Positions 16,844-26,999 of a stretch of DNA of 35,910 nucleotides are shown here, one piece after another (positions within the stretch are counted from its first letter, which is position 1; each line of letters begins with the position of its first letter). The notes beneath the pieces were generated by a model, which saw nothing but the letters and a program-made list of their open reading frames with translations, had not been told where the DNA came from and did not search any database. The stretch lies in contig CAYJJY010000002.1 in NCBI GenBank assembly GCA_964370615.1, positions 5,208 to 41,117 on the forward strand, read 5' to 3'. This stretch comes from an uncultured Muribaculaceae bacterium (GTDB lineage: Bacteria; Bacillota_I; Bacilli_A; RF39; UBA660). The translations under genes and the position numbers were made by a program.

Positions 16844-19208
16844 AAATTTGTCCAATATATTCTAGTAAGTTTAAAAATAATTTTACGAATTTTCGATCTA
16901 GTTTTTGACTTTGTAATCTTCTGATTTCAATTCTTTTTTTCTTAATTGGTAATTCACTAAAGATTATAGCATCAATTTTTTCTTTCATTAGAGTTTCAAT
17001 TTGTAAATCCCCTAATATTTCTTTAATATCCTCGTTAATTACTCTAGTAGCATCTATTTCAATGTCTTGTCCTTTACAGTTTACTGTTAATTGATCGATG
17101 GTACTAACATTATTTACTTCAACAACAAAATCATTTCCTTCAACATAACTTTCGGAATCAATTTTGTGTTTTCCTTCGTAGACAATGACATCACTTGCTT
17201 GTTTTACATTTCTAAATACTAATCTATAATTTCTATTATCTGGAATTATGCCTTTTTTACCTTCTTCAGCTTTTATTATAACTGTATAATTATTTGGTAA
17301 ATAGTTATAATCAATTTTTGTTTTTAAATAAAATCCTTTTTTATATAGACTAGATACTCCATCATCTTCATAAAATAACAACTCGTTACTTTTCCCTGGA
17401 AAGAATTGTATTTCTAAATTTTTTGGTGGGTTAACTGGGTTAACTTCATTATCAATTGCCATAGGAATAATACTTCCTATATGGGCAAATACTGGATAAT
17501 TTTGATCTTTAAAAAACGATGTATATGTGTTATTACCGATGAATTTTTTTCCTGTAAAGAAGTCGTACCATACTCCTTGAGGTAAATAGAATCTATGCAC
17601 TACTCTATTCATGATATGATCTTTTTTCTTTACAATTGGTGTGACAAATAATTGTGAACCAAAGTAATATTCATTTCTAAATATAACATCGTCATACATT
17701 TCAGGGTTTGTATAAAACAATGGTTTTACCAGTGGGACTCCTGATTTGTGATATCGGTAAGCTTCATTATAAAGATATGGGATTAATTTGTGTCTTAAGG
17801 TTAAATAATCTCTTGCTATACCAAATGTTTTTATACTCCAACGCCATGGTTCTCTTTTATAGTATTTACTTTTGTCTGAACCAAACTTTAAGATTGGTGA
17901 GAATACTCCTAATTGAACATATCTGATATATAATTCATTATCTTCTATTCCTTTATGGTATCCTCCAATATCGTGGGAATAATAGCAATTACCAATATTT
18001 GTGGCATTCATGTTAATGAATGGTATTTCTTTTAAAGAGTCCCAACTTACTTGACTTTTCCCCATATAAGTTACTGGATATTTGTGTTGTAAACTGTCAG
18101 CATAATAGCCCATAACCATTGGTCTTCTTTTGTAATTTCTATTCATATCTTGAAAGTGATAATACTTAAGAAGATATGTGTGGTAATCGTTTTTTTCAAC
18201 GTCTACAAAGTAAAAATCTACTCCTAGAGCATCTAGTGGATGGATAAATAGTTTTAAATAGACATCTACCCATTTTGGGTCTAAAACATTATATGGTATT
18301 ATCCCTTTTTCATCAACTTCTAAATAATTTTTTGCTTTTTCAAAACTTTCATCTATTTCATGAAAACCTTCAGTTGGATTAACACTTAAGCCAACTCGGA
18401 GGTTTTTTTGATGCATATAATTAATCATTCCTGATGGTGATGTAAATAAATCTTTATCGAATGTAAATCCTGTTTTTAAATGATTTTTTTTATCATGTTT
18501 TCTTACATGCCAATCTTTATCAAGTAAAACTACTGATAGTGGAATTTTATTTACTTCGAAGTTATCAATTAATTGTTTTAATTCAGTGTCATTATATGCT
18601 TCATTTTTATTCCACCAATTTCCAAAAGTAAATCTTGGGATTAATGGTGGAAATCCTGTTAAACTAAAGTAATCAAATAAACAACTTTGGAAATTATTTA
18701 AATAAACAAATAAATAAATATCAATTCCTGTATTATTTCTTGGTTCATAAGTTCCATTTTCTTTTAATATTTCTGAATTTGTATCATCGATTGTTACGAA
18801 TCCATCAAATGAGTATAAGCTTTTTGTTTGATTTTTTAAATCGGTAAAGGTTGGATAATTTTTAGCTTCAATGTGATTATATACCCAAAAATTTTCTTTA
18901 TTTCCTAATTTTATTTTTAAATTTTTACCTTTAGTAGCATCTTTTTCTTTTTGATATGTTAAGTGGAAATGGTCACTTTTTATTTCTAAATAGTTTTTAT
19001 CTTCTTTAACACTAAATTCTGGTTTCATGAAATTTCTATTAATGACATTTTTAGTTAATTCATCATTAAAAAAACCGTTTTCATTATATTCAATTCTTAT
19101 TAGCCCTTTAGATAATACTGTAAATCTATATTTTGCACCTTTGAATACGCAGTCTTGATTGATACTTTTATCTTGGATTACATTGAAATGTTCACCTAAA
19201 CTATACAT
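16842..19208 (-). CDS. Glycoside hydrolase family 31 protein (alpha-glucosidase/alpha-xylosidase-like)
   Basis: GVDFYFVDVEKND matches the nucleophile-region pattern and YSHDIGGY the acid/base region. Length and layout fit GH31. RBS is GGGGGA. Confidence 0.75.
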   Translation of the reverse strand: MYSLGEHFNVIQDKSINQDCVFKGAKYRFTVLSKGLIRIEYNENGFFNDELTKNVINRNFMKPEFSVKEDKNYLEIKSDHFHLTYQKEKDATKGKNLKIKLGNKENFWVYNHIEAKNYPTFTDLKNQTKSLYSFDGFVTIDDTNSEILKENGTYEPRNNTGIDIYLFVYLNNFQSCLFDYFSLTGFPPLIPRFTFGNWWNKNEAYNDTELKQLIDNFEVNKIPLSVVLLDKDWHVRKHDKKNHLKTGFTFDKDLFTSPSGMINYMHQKNLRVGLSVNPTEGFHEIDESFEKAKNYLEVDEKGIIPYNVLDPKWVDVYLKLFIHPLDALGVDFYFVDVEKNDYHTYLLKYYHFQDMNRNYKRRPMVMGYYADSLQHKYPVTYMGKSQVSWDSLKEIPFINMNATNIGNCYYSHDIGGYHKGIEDNELYIRYVQLGVFSPILKFGSDKSKYYKREPWRWSIKTFGIARDYLTLRHKLIPYLYNEAYRYHKSGVPLVKPLFYTNPEMYDDVIFRNEYYFGSQLFVTPIVKKKDHIMNRVVHRFYLPQGVWYDFFTGKKFIGNNTYTSFFKDQNYPVFAHIGSIIPMAIDNEVNPVNPPKNLEIQFFPGKSNELLFYEDDGVSSLYKKGFYLKTKIDYNYLPNNYTVIIKAEEGKKGIIPDNRNYRLVFRNVKQASDVIVYEGKHKIDSESYVEGNDFVVEVNNVSTIDQLTVNCKGQDIEIDATRVINEDIKEILGDLQIETLMKEKIDAIIFSELPIKKKRIEIRRLQSQKLDRKFVKLFLNLLEYIGQI

Positions 19209-19220
19209 ATTATCCCCCTT

Positions 19221-20633
19221 TTATATTTCATCTATTTGCATAAAATTTGTGTATTTAACTTTTTTAAATGGATAACCACCTGTTATTAAAATTTTATCTC
19301 CTTTGGTTAAGTTTAAAACGGCAATTGAGTATTTTTTACTTTTTTCTATAATAGAATCCATTGTTTTTAATTCATTGATATGGTATGCACAAACACCAAA
19401 ATTTAGCGCTAATGATTTTACTGTTTTTTCATTTGGACTGATAGCTATTATTGGACATGATGGTCTAAAACGACTTATTTTTCTAGCAGTAAATCCACTA
19501 TTAGTTGGTGTGAATATAGCTTTACAATTTAAACTACTTCCGCAATTTGCAGCTGCATAGGCGATACTTCCTGTTGTTGATTTTTCTTCACTTTTGTATG
19601 CTATTTCAGCTAGTTGTTCGTAATCAATATCTAACTCTGCTGATTTTATTATGCGCTCCATTGTTTGTAATGTTTCTAATGGATATTTTCCAATTGTTGT
19701 TTCACCTGATAACATTACAGCGTCAGCTCCGTCTAAAATAGCATTTGCGACATCACTAACTTCAGCTCTGGTTGGATAGTTACTTTCAGTCATATTACTT
19801 AGAAGCTCTGTTGCTACTATGCTTATCTTACCTTCGATGTGACATTTTTTAATTACTTTTTTTTGAATTCCTGGTATTTTTTCTACTGGTAGTTCTACTC
19901 CTAAATCTCCTCTGGCAATCATTATTCCATCTGATACTTTAATTATTTTATCAATATCATCTAAGGCCCAAGCATTTTCTATTTTTGATATGATTCCGAT
20001 GTGATCATTTCCTAAGTTAATTAATAAGTCACTTATATCTAGAACATCATCAGTACTTCTTACAAATGAAAGCGCTAAAAAGTCGACATCATGATTAGCA
20101 GCAAAGATGACTGTTTCTCTATCTTCTTTTGATAAAAAATCTTTTTTTATTTTAAAATCCGGGATATTTATACTTTTGTAATTGCTTAAAATACCTTCTT
20201 TTAATACTTCACATACTAAGTAATCTTCGCCTCTTGATTCAACTATAAATTCAACATGTCCATCATTTGCTTTTATTATTTGATTAACTCTTATTTCTGT
20301 TAATTCATTATAATCAACACAAAATTTTGTGTTATCGCCTAATACTGGAGTGTTATAGATTCTTATTTTTTCTCCTTTTTTGTAAAAGGCTTTATCATTT
20401 AAAAACTTTCCTGTTCTAATTAGTGGTCCTTTTAAATCTAGCATTATTGCTACATTTAGGGTTAATTCTTTGTTAATTTCGTCAACTTTTTTTATAATTT
20501 CCTCACAAAATTCTAAATTAGCATGACTAGTATTTATTCTTATTACATCAACACCATTTTTGATTAATTTTCTTAACATTTCTTTACTACTTGTGGCTGG
20601 TCCTACTGTTGCTATTACTTTTGTTTTATTCAT
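19221..20633 (-). CDS. pyk: Pyruvate kinase
   Basis: MNKTKVIATVGPAT...IRINTSH...MIARGDLGVE...ATELLSNM, and the full length is typical. Confidence 0.95.
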   Translation of the reverse strand: MNKTKVIATVGPATSSKEMLRKLIKNGVDVIRINTSHANLEFCEEIIKKVDEINKELTLNVAIMLDLKGPLIRTGKFLNDKAFYKKGEKIRIYNTPVLGDNTKFCVDYNELTEIRVNQIIKANDGHVEFIVESRGEDYLVCEVLKEGILSNYKSINIPDFKIKKDFLSKEDRETVIFAANHDVDFLALSFVRSTDDVLDISDLLINLGNDHIGIISKIENAWALDDIDKIIKVSDGIMIARGDLGVELPVEKIPGIQKKVIKKCHIEGKISIVATELLSNMTESNYPTRAEVSDVANAILDGADAVMLSGETTIGKYPLETLQTMERIIKSAELDIDYEQLAEIAYKSEEKSTTGSIAYAAANCGSSLNCKAIFTPTNSGFTARKISRFRPSCPIIAISPNEKTVKSLALNFGVCAYHINELKTMDSIIEKSKKYSIAVLNLTKGDKILITGGYPFKKVKYTNFMQIDEI

Positions 20634-20659
20634 ATTAACACCTTCTTTATTCTATAAAT

Positions 20660-20688
20660 ATTTTATTATATTTTAGACAATAAGTCAA
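20660..20688 (-). promoter_or_regulatory. Promoter of the pyk-GH31 unit
   Basis: Minus strand TTGACT (20688-20683), 17 nt, TAAAAT (20665-20660). Confidence 0.55.
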
Positions 20689-20712
20689 TGTTTGATATTG
20701 TTTGATGCAATT

Positions 20713-20736
20713 AAAAAAATTCTTATACAAGAATTT
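20713..20736 (-). terminator. Intrinsic terminator after clpC, overlapping its last codons
   Basis: Minus strand AAATTCTT-GTAT-AAGAATTT (8-bp stem) followed by T7. Confidence 0.7.
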
Positions 20737-23008
20737 CTTTTTTTATATTAATTTCATTTTTATTTAGGATAATTTCATCAATTATGTAGTTTTCTATTTG
20801 ATTTTTTATAATTTTATTTATTTTTCTAGCTCCATATTGTTCGTACTCAGTTAATGCTATAATTTTTTCTATTAATTGCTTGTTTATTTTTATTATGATA
20901 TTTTTTTCTTTATATTTTTTTATTAGTTCATTTAAATTTTTTGTAATGATTATTTTAATATTTTCTTGTGTTAGAGGGGTGAAGAATATTGTTTCGTCGA
21001 TCCTATTTAAAAATGGAATTGAAAAATGTTCTTTCAATTTAGTATTTTTAATGTTGGTGGTACTAAATCCAACTTCATTTTTGTGATATCCAACATTAGA
21101 TGTCATTATAATGATTGTATTGTTAAAATATATTTCTTTACCATTTGAATTTTTTAAATGTCCTTCATCTAAAATTTGATATAAAAGGTTAATTATCGAT
21201 TGATGTGCTGATTCTATTTCATCTAGTATCAATACTGAGAAAGGATTTTGTCTTATTTCATCTAAGATGTTTTTATTATCATTATAGCCAATATATCCTG
21301 GAGGTGAACCAATAAATTTAGAGACTGAATGACTTTCACTAAATTCTGACATATCTAATTTAATGATGTTTTTTCCCACTAAGATATTACCGAATTGCTT
21401 AGCTAGTTCCGTTTTACCAACACCGCTTGGTCCTGCAAATAATAAAGAGTATGGTTTGTTGTCATCTTTATACCCTAGTTTTATTTTTTTTGATATATTG
21501 GTTAGTTTTTCAATTGCTTTTTCTTGTCCTATAATTGTTTGACCTAATGTTTTATTTATTTTTAAAAAACTTTTATAATCATTTAAAATTTCATATATTG
21601 GAATTTTAGTTCTTGAATATATAACTTCAGCGATATCGGCTTCAGTGACGATTCTTTTTTTATTGTTACACATTTGAAGTTCTAAGGTGTTTATTTTATT
21701 AGATAGTTCATTTTCTTTATTTTTTAGTACTTTTGCTTGTATAAATTGGTTTTTACTAATATAAGCTTTTTTAGTTTTGATTGTTTCTTTTAATTGTTGT
21801 GTTAGTTCATTATATATTTTTTCTGTTTTAGTTTCTTTTAAACTTGTTTTAGAACATACTTCATCTAATATATCAATTGATTTATCAGGTTGGTTGCGAT
21901 CTTTTATGTATTTTTCACTTAAATTTATTATTTTATCTATTATATTTTCTTCTATTATAACTTTGTGATAATCCTCATAAATTGGTTTTATTTTCAATAG
22001 TATTTCTTTAACGGTTTCCTTTGTTGGTATTTCGATATGAACTTTTTGAAATCTTCGTTCTAAGGCTTTATCAGTTTCAATGAATTTTTTGTATTCTTCG
22101 ACTGTGGTTGCTCCTATACATCTAAGTTTATTTCGTGCTAAGGCTGGTTTAAATATGTTTGAGGCGTCTATTGCTCCTTCAGCGCCACCTGCTCCTACTA
22201 GTGTGTGTATTTCATCAATAAAAACTATTATATCATCGTTTTCTTCAACTTCTTTTAAAATTTTTCTGATTCTTTCTTCAAACTCACCACGGTATTTTGT
22301 TCCTGCTACTAGTGAGGCCATATCTAAATTATATATCTTTTTATTTTTTAAATGATTTGGAACTTCGTCGTTTACTATTAACTGACTTAAATGTTCTACT
22401 ATTGCGGTTTTTCCGACTCCTGCTTCACCTATCAAGATGGGGTTGTTTTTAGTTCGACGACATAATATTTCTAATAATCTTTTTACTTCTTTATCTCTAC
22501 CAATTACTGGATCTAATAGTTGTTTCTCTGCTTGTTTAGTTAGGTTAATTCCTAATTCTTCTATTATTAGTTTTTTTGATTTTTTAACTTTATTTTGAGG
22601 ATTGAATTCAGTGTACAATTCATCTATATTTATTCCCATACTGATAATTATTCTTACTGCTATTCCTTCGCCTTCTTCCAAGATATTGTAAAACAAATTA
22701 GAAATACCTACTTCTTTTTTTTCTTCTTTACTATCTATTATTGAGTTTTCCATAACTCTTTTTAATAATGGTGTATATAAAAACCATTCACTTTTTTTAC
22801 TTCCTATTCCTACTATTTCTATTAATTTGTTTTTAAAATTTTCGTATGTTAAGTGATATTTTTTCAATGATTTGGTTAGTTCATTATTATTTTTTAATAC
22901 TGCTAAAACAAGGTGTTCACTTCCGACATATGGGTGTTTTAAATTAAGCATTTCTTCTTTAGCTATTAAAAGTACTTTTCTAGCTTCTTCTGTAAAATTT
23001 CCAAACAT
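20723..23008 (-). CDS. clpC: ATP-dependent Clp protease ATP-binding subunit, ClpC-like (two AAA+ modules)
   Basis: Clp_N repeats at the N-terminus, Walker A motifs GEAGVGKT and GPSGVGKT, and a short coiled-coil middle domain. RBS is AGGAGG. Confidence 0.85.
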   Translation of the reverse strand: MFGNFTEEARKVLLIAKEEMLNLKHPYVGSEHLVLAVLKNNNELTKSLKKYHLTYENFKNKLIEIVGIGSKKSEWFLYTPLLKRVMENSIIDSKEEKKEVGISNLFYNILEEGEGIAVRIIISMGINIDELYTEFNPQNKVKKSKKLIIEELGINLTKQAEKQLLDPVIGRDKEVKRLLEILCRRTKNNPILIGEAGVGKTAIVEHLSQLIVNDEVPNHLKNKKIYNLDMASLVAGTKYRGEFEERIRKILKEVEENDDIIVFIDEIHTLVGAGGAEGAIDASNIFKPALARNKLRCIGATTVEEYKKFIETDKALERRFQKVHIEIPTKETVKEILLKIKPIYEDYHKVIIEENIIDKIINLSEKYIKDRNQPDKSIDILDEVCSKTSLKETKTEKIYNELTQQLKETIKTKKAYISKNQFIQAKVLKNKENELSNKINTLELQMCNNKKRIVTEADIAEVIYSRTKIPIYEILNDYKSFLKINKTLGQTIIGQEKAIEKLTNISKKIKLGYKDDNKPYSLLFAGPSGVGKTELAKQFGNILVGKNIIKLDMSEFSESHSVSKFIGSPPGYIGYNDNKNILDEIRQNPFSVLILDEIESAHQSIINLLYQILDEGHLKNSNGKEIYFNNTIIIMTSNVGYHKNEVGFSTTNIKNTKLKEHFSIPFLNRIDETIFFTPLTQENIKIIITKNLNELIKKYKEKNIIIKINKQLIEKIIALTEYEQYGARKINKIIKNQIENYIIDEIILNKNEINIKKEILV

Positions 23009-23079
23009 TTTATTCCTCCTATATCTTTATTATATGTAGATAATGGAGTATTTTTTGTCTTTTTATACGACAAAGTATT

Positions 23080-23103
23080 AAAAAAGAAGAATCTCTTCTT
23101 CTT
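23080..23103 (-). terminator. Intrinsic terminator after the pilin-LRR gene
   Basis: Minus strand AAGAAGA-AGAGAT-TCTTCTT followed by a T-run. Confidence 0.7.
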
Positions 23104-24467
23104 TAAGGTTTTACTATAAAATTAACATTACTTGCTTTATTGGAACTGGAATTAAACTTTTCTACTTCTAATTGTGTTTTGGCATAGGCTTCTGTTAAGT
23201 TTATTGTTTCAAAAAACATTTCTTCCATATCTTCTACGTTACTCAAATCAAAACTACTTAAATCCAACTTTTTTAAACTTGTGGCTTCAGCGAACATTTT
23301 ATACATGGTAATGACATTTGAGGTATTAAAATTAGTCAAATCTATTGTTTCAATACTGGAAACAGTATGAAACATTCCATGCATGTATTTAACATTACTA
23401 GTATCAAAACTACTTAAATTGATGTTAATTAAATTTTTTGAAGCTCCAAATAAGTGAGCCATATTAACTACTTTACTTGTGTTAAAATTAGATAAATCTA
23501 ATTCTGTAACATTTAAATAACCAAATGTAAAGTACATTTCAGTAACATTACTGGTATCAAAACTACTAACATCTAGGTTTGTTAAACTACTTGCATTATA
23601 AAACATAGCTGTTAAGTTAACTACATTACTAGTATTGAAATTACTTAAATCTATATCAGTTAAACTACTAGCATTGTAAAACATTTGGGCCATATTAGTA
23701 ACATTGTCAGTTTTTATATTTATTAAGTCTACTTTTTCTAAACTAATGGTATTACTGAACATACTTGACATATCTGTAACATGTGATGTGTCATAAACTT
23801 CATTAAAATTTATTTCTTCAAGTTTGATAAAATTGCAAAACATTGATTTGTTTTGAGTTGCATTGCAAACACCACCTTGAATAGGAAAAGCAGAAATAAT
23901 TCCATCTGTTTCAATATTTAAAATTACTTGTTCCTCTTTTTCAATAATATATCCAACAACACTATGATTTCCTTCTAATGAGAAATCCCATTTTATAGCT
24001 GCAGTTTCAAATTCAGTTGATTTTGTTGAGTAAAAGTTTATATGTGTTATTTTTTCACGATAATCTCCTATTTGTTTTTGAAAATTATCGGCACTTAGCA
24101 TTGCATAAGATGGAACTTGGCAACTTTCTGAGTATTCGAATTGATATTGTTTCATAGTTACTTCCCATGAATATAAAATACATCCTTCTAACACATCGCC
24201 TGTCATAGGATTTGAAGGAAGTTCGGTTATAATTCCAACCTCTTTTAAGTCTTGAAACTGTAGTGTTTTTTTTGCACTACTAAAACCTAATGAGTATTGT
24301 GAGGCATATTTTACTGCATGATCTAATAATGTATCTACTTGCATGTCATAAGCTGATTGTTGTGAAGTTATAATAGTTTTATTTACTATTGGAACTATTA
24401 CTGCTAGGATAATTCCTAAAATTATTATAACTGCTAATAATTCTACTAATGTAAATGCTTTTTTCAT
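23103..24467 (-). CDS. Prepilin-type N-terminal domain protein fused to a BspA-family (DUF285, 26-residue repeat) leucine-rich-repeat surface domain
   Basis: MKKAFTLVELLAVIIILGI is a class III (type IV pilin-like) leader with the conserved Glu at +5. The C-terminal half is built of D.SNFNTSNV.NM..MF.....L..-type repeats. Confidence 0.85.
   Translation of the reverse strand: MKKAFTLVELLAVIIILGIILAVIVPIVNKTIITSQQSAYDMQVDTLLDHAVKYASQYSLGFSSAKKTLQFQDLKEVGIITELPSNPMTGDVLEGCILYSWEVTMKQYQFEYSESCQVPSYAMLSADNFQKQIGDYREKITHINFYSTKSTEFETAAIKWDFSLEGNHSVVGYIIEKEEQVILNIETDGIISAFPIQGGVCNATQNKSMFCNFIKLEEINFNEVYDTSHVTDMSSMFSNTISLEKVDLINIKTDNVTNMAQMFYNASSLTDIDLSNFNTSNVVNLTAMFYNASSLTNLDVSSFDTSNVTEMYFTFGYLNVTELDLSNFNTSKVVNMAHLFGASKNLININLSSFDTSNVKYMHGMFHTVSSIETIDLTNFNTSNVITMYKMFAEATSLKKLDLSSFDLSNVEDMEEMFFETINLTEAYAKTQLEVEKFNSSSNKASNVNFIVKP
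23187..23855 (-). repeat. About nine tandem 25-26-residue LRR units (coding repeat)
   Basis: The periodicity is visible in the protein (aa ~205-427) and in the DNA as recurring aacattac...gtattgaaatta-like blocks. Confidence 0.8.
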
Positions 24468-24472
24468 ATTTT

Positions 24473-26674
24473 TTACTCGCTTTCTAATTGTATTAAAACC
24501 TCTCTTGGTTTTGAACCGTTTGATGGTCCTATAATTCCTCTTTGTTCTAATAAATCAATTGCTCTGGCTGCTCGATTGTATCCTAATCTAAATCTTCTTT
24601 GTAAAAGTGAAGCTGATGCTTTTTTAGATGTTACTACAAATTCAACTATTTCATTATACAATGGTTCTTCATCTGCTTCATTGTTGTTTGAATTTGTTGA
24701 TGTTGGTGCACTCATATTATATGTTTCATCATATTGTGCGATTTGTTGTTTTACTGTATAATCAACAACTTCTTTTATTTCTTCATCTGATATGAATGTT
24801 CCTTGCACCCTTATGGCTACATTTTCGCCTTGAGGCATGAATAACATATCACCTTTTCCTAGGAGTTTTTCAGCTCCAGTTTTATCTAATATTGTTCTTG
24901 AATCTATACTTGATGATACTGCAAATGATATTCTAGAAGGAATATTTGCTTTTACAACTCCTGTGATTACATCTGTTGATGGTCTTTGGGTTGCGACTAT
25001 TAAATGAATTCCTGCTGCTCTAGCCATTTGTGTAATTCGCATGATTGATTCTTCGACTTCTTTAGCTGCTACTAGCATTAAGTCGGCTAATTCGTCTATA
25101 ATTACAACAATATATGGTAATAATTTATCATTATTTTTCTTTTGTAAATATGCATTATAACCTGCAATGTTTTTAGTTCCACTTCTTTCAAACAGTTCAT
25201 ATCTATTTTCCATTTCGACCACTATTTTTTTAAGTACTTCGTTAGCTTTTTTAGGGTCTGTTACTACTGGCGTTAGTAGATGTGGAACTCCGTTGTACAT
25301 TGAAAGTTCTACTTTTTTAGGATCTACTAAAACTAGTTTAACTTCATCTGGTTTACTTCTCATTAGTAATGATATTAACATACTGTTTATACAGACTGAT
25401 TTACCACTTCCGGTTGAACCGGCTACTAGTAAATGTGGAGTTTTATTTATTTCACAATAAATTGGTTTTCCCATGATGTCTTTTCCTAAAGTTACTAGAA
25501 GTTTTGAATCTGACATTGTTTTTGGTACAGTTTCTAATATTTCTCTAACACTTACTGGTGTTACTTTTTTATTTGGTATTTCAACTCCAACTGTTTTTTT
25601 ACCAGGAATTGGAGCTTGAATATTTACTGATTTAGCTGCTAAAGCTAGAGCTAACTCTTTATCTAAACTTACTATTTTACTTAGCTTAGTCCCAGCTTTT
25701 ATTTCTAGCTCATATTGAGTTACTGCTGGTCCTATATTTATAGCTACGACTTTTCCTTGAATTCCAAAGTCATTTAAGACACTTTGTAGTAATTCTACTA
25801 CATCTTTTATAACTGATTGATTTTCTTTACTGTTGTTTTGTGTATTTTTTACAAGTAAGTCTATTTTTGGTAAAACATATGGTTTTTTACCATTATCATT
25901 GATAATATCTTCAAGTTCTATTGTTTCAATATCATCATGAGTATTTATTTCATGAGTTTGTTTTACTTCATGCATGTTGATTTCTGGTTCTTGATATTTT
26001 ATAACTTCTTCCATTGATGAAACAACAACTTTATTATCATTCTCATAGTCATCTTCGATTTTTTTAACATCTATTTTTTTCTGTGGTTTTAATGTGTTTA
26101 TTGTTTTTACTGTATTATGTTTTAACATTTTAATAATATCATATAATGTAATTCCTGTTAATATTATTAATCCTACAATTATTATTACGATACTAACCAC
26201 TTGTGCTCCTAGAATTGTTAATCCTTTGGCTAAAGTTACAGAAGCTAATGCTCCTATCATTCCTCCACCTTGAACATCACTTGTTCCATCTAAAAAATTG
26301 TTTAAATTATTAAAAGTTTCTTCAATTATTGGACCGTAATCTACAATTCCTTCAGTATTTAAGTTGGTGATGTATCCTAGATGAAACAAACTTAATATTC
26401 CGATTGTCATAATATATAATCCAAATAGTTTAGTTGTCAATAAATCAAATGACTTTCTTTTTACAATCATGTAAAATCCAATTAAACCTACTAATATTAG
26501 TAACACTGCCCATAAGGTCCCAACTAAAAATGCTGCAAAACCATCTATAATACTACCTAAAATTCCAAAACGACATAATCCTATTATCGTAATTAATACT
26601 AGGGACATTCCGATTAATTCGGTTTTAATTCCAGAATCTTTTTTTTCTTCTTTTCTAATTTTTTTCTTTGCCAT
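24473..26674 (-). CDS. ftsK: DNA translocase FtsK/SpoIIIE
   Basis: N-terminal TM segments, the motor domain with VAGSTGSGKS and IVVIIDELADL, and a C-terminal gamma winged-helix (LLQRRFRLGYNRAARAID). Confidence 0.95.
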   Translation of the reverse strand: MAKKKIRKEEKKDSGIKTELIGMSLVLITIIGLCRFGILGSIIDGFAAFLVGTLWAVLLILVGLIGFYMIVKRKSFDLLTTKLFGLYIMTIGILSLFHLGYITNLNTEGIVDYGPIIEETFNNLNNFLDGTSDVQGGGMIGALASVTLAKGLTILGAQVVSIVIIIVGLIILTGITLYDIIKMLKHNTVKTINTLKPQKKIDVKKIEDDYENDNKVVVSSMEEVIKYQEPEINMHEVKQTHEINTHDDIETIELEDIINDNGKKPYVLPKIDLLVKNTQNNSKENQSVIKDVVELLQSVLNDFGIQGKVVAINIGPAVTQYELEIKAGTKLSKIVSLDKELALALAAKSVNIQAPIPGKKTVGVEIPNKKVTPVSVREILETVPKTMSDSKLLVTLGKDIMGKPIYCEINKTPHLLVAGSTGSGKSVCINSMLISLLMRSKPDEVKLVLVDPKKVELSMYNGVPHLLTPVVTDPKKANEVLKKIVVEMENRYELFERSGTKNIAGYNAYLQKKNNDKLLPYIVVIIDELADLMLVAAKEVEESIMRITQMARAAGIHLIVATQRPSTDVITGVVKANIPSRISFAVSSSIDSRTILDKTGAEKLLGKGDMLFMPQGENVAIRVQGTFISDEEIKEVVDYTVKQQIAQYDETYNMSAPTSTNSNNNEADEEPLYNEIVEFVVTSKKASASLLQRRFRLGYNRAARAIDLLEQRGIIGPSNGSKPREVLIQLESE

Positions 26675-26697
26675 GTATTCACCTTCTACCTTTAATA

Positions 26698-26706
26698 ATT
26701 ATAACA
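26698..26706 (-). promoter_or_regulatory. Extended -10 (TGTTATAAT) upstream of ftsK
   Basis: Minus strand TGTTATAAT with the -10 at 26703-26698. RBS AAGGTG follows. Confidence 0.4.
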
Positions 26707-26718
26707 TAAATATATAAT

Positions 26719-26741
26719 AAAAAAAAGCACTTTCATGCTTT
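26719..26741 (-). terminator. Intrinsic terminator after the small lipoprotein gene
   Basis: Minus strand AAAGCA-TGAAAG-TGCTTT followed by T8. Confidence 0.6.
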
Positions 26742-26757
26742 ATACTTTAATCATTTA

Positions 26758-26973
26758 TTACATAAATTGACCGCAAACCGGACAAATTACAACGTTTTCC
26801 CCTAAAGCTGTTCCACATTTTGAACATTGTTTTTTATTTGCTGTAGCTAGTTGTGGTTGTACTTCTGGTTGTTGATTCATGAATGTTTGTTGTGGTTGTA
26901 CTTCTGGTGTATCTTGTGTACTTCCACACCCTACTGTTATAATTAAAATTTATAAAATTAGAATTTTTTTCAT
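26758..26973 (-). pseudogene. Small lipoprotein with a C-terminal zinc ribbon, interrupted by an in-frame TAA at codon 8
   Basis: Hand translation gives MKKILIL*ILIITVGCGSTQDTPEVQPQQTFMNQQPEVQPQLATANKKQCSKCGTALGENVVICPVCGQFM**. It is not in the ORF track because of the early stop. Confidence 0.6.
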
Positions 26974-26999
26974 TTATACTTCTCTTCCATTCTTATATA

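Noticed and set aside
23009-23102. Canonical CtsR operator upstream of clpC
   Set aside because: I looked for the A/GGTCAAA-NAN-A/GGTCAAA tandem repeat on both strands. Only an inverted TTTGTC/GACAAA pair is present, and it is reported separately as a low-interest finding.
26761-26880. Reading the interrupted small gene as a 40-aa ORF starting at the internal ATG (MNQQPEV...)
   Set aside because: There is no purine-rich RBS upstream of that ATG. The upstream in-frame sequence encodes a near-perfect lipoprotein signal peptide that has its own promoter and RBS. A disrupted longer gene explains the locus better.
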